From an uncultured Gammaproteobacteria bacterium (GTDB lineage Bacteria; Patescibacteriota; Patescibacteriia; UBA2591; PGYQ01), in contig CAYHOD010000001.1 of the NCBI GenBank assembly GCA_964358215.1, forward strand, positions 866 through 25,979: a stretch of 25,114 nucleotides of DNA, in the 5' to 3' direction. The notes below the pieces were generated by a model, which saw only the letters and a list, made by a program, of their open reading frames with translations, was not told the DNA's origin and ran no database searches. Of the stretch, positions 25,101-25,114 are shown in pieces. How positions within the stretch are numbered: position 1 is the stretch's first letter; each line of letters starts with the position of its first letter. The translations under genes and the position numbers were made by a program.

Positions 25101-25114
25101 CATATTGAATGTTA

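Noticed and set aside
25053-25114. CIRCE/HrcA operator upstream of dnaK
   Set aside because: No TTAGCACTC-N9-GAGTGCTAA in the 62 bp available; it could lie outside the window.

Overview
A very AT-rich bacterial chromosomal window read with the standard code 11. The gene set, short AlaRS and GxVGIGT-repeat surface protein suggest a Patescibacteria/CPR (Parcubacteria-like) genome; this taxonomic call is an inference. All credible protein genes are on the minus strand. In transcription order they are dnaK, alaS, a REP-associated tyrosine transposase (RAYT), pgk, serS, two glycosyltransferases, an NYN-domain nuclease, an O-antigen ligase/polymerase-like gene, a GT2, an M18 aminopeptidase, malic enzyme, dus, a CxxC membrane protein with a CC-tailed partner, PBP2, atpB-atpE-atpF (no F1 genes), rnpA, and a large secreted repeat protein that runs off the window and is missing from the ORF track. 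The non-coding DNA is the unusual part. (i) A RAYT has four perfect palindromic REPs, one inside its own CDS, plus a REP-like heptamer expansion inside alaS. (ii) Several families of hairpins and 7/8-mer arrays supply stop codons, C-terminal tails and extended -10 boxes, and bracket PBP2 and serS as inverted repeats. (iii) A 1087-bp NYN islet is bounded by a 49-bp duplication of the ligase start and carries a candidate ~70-nt small RNA with its own promoter and terminator. I found no tRNA, rRNA or CRISPR array.
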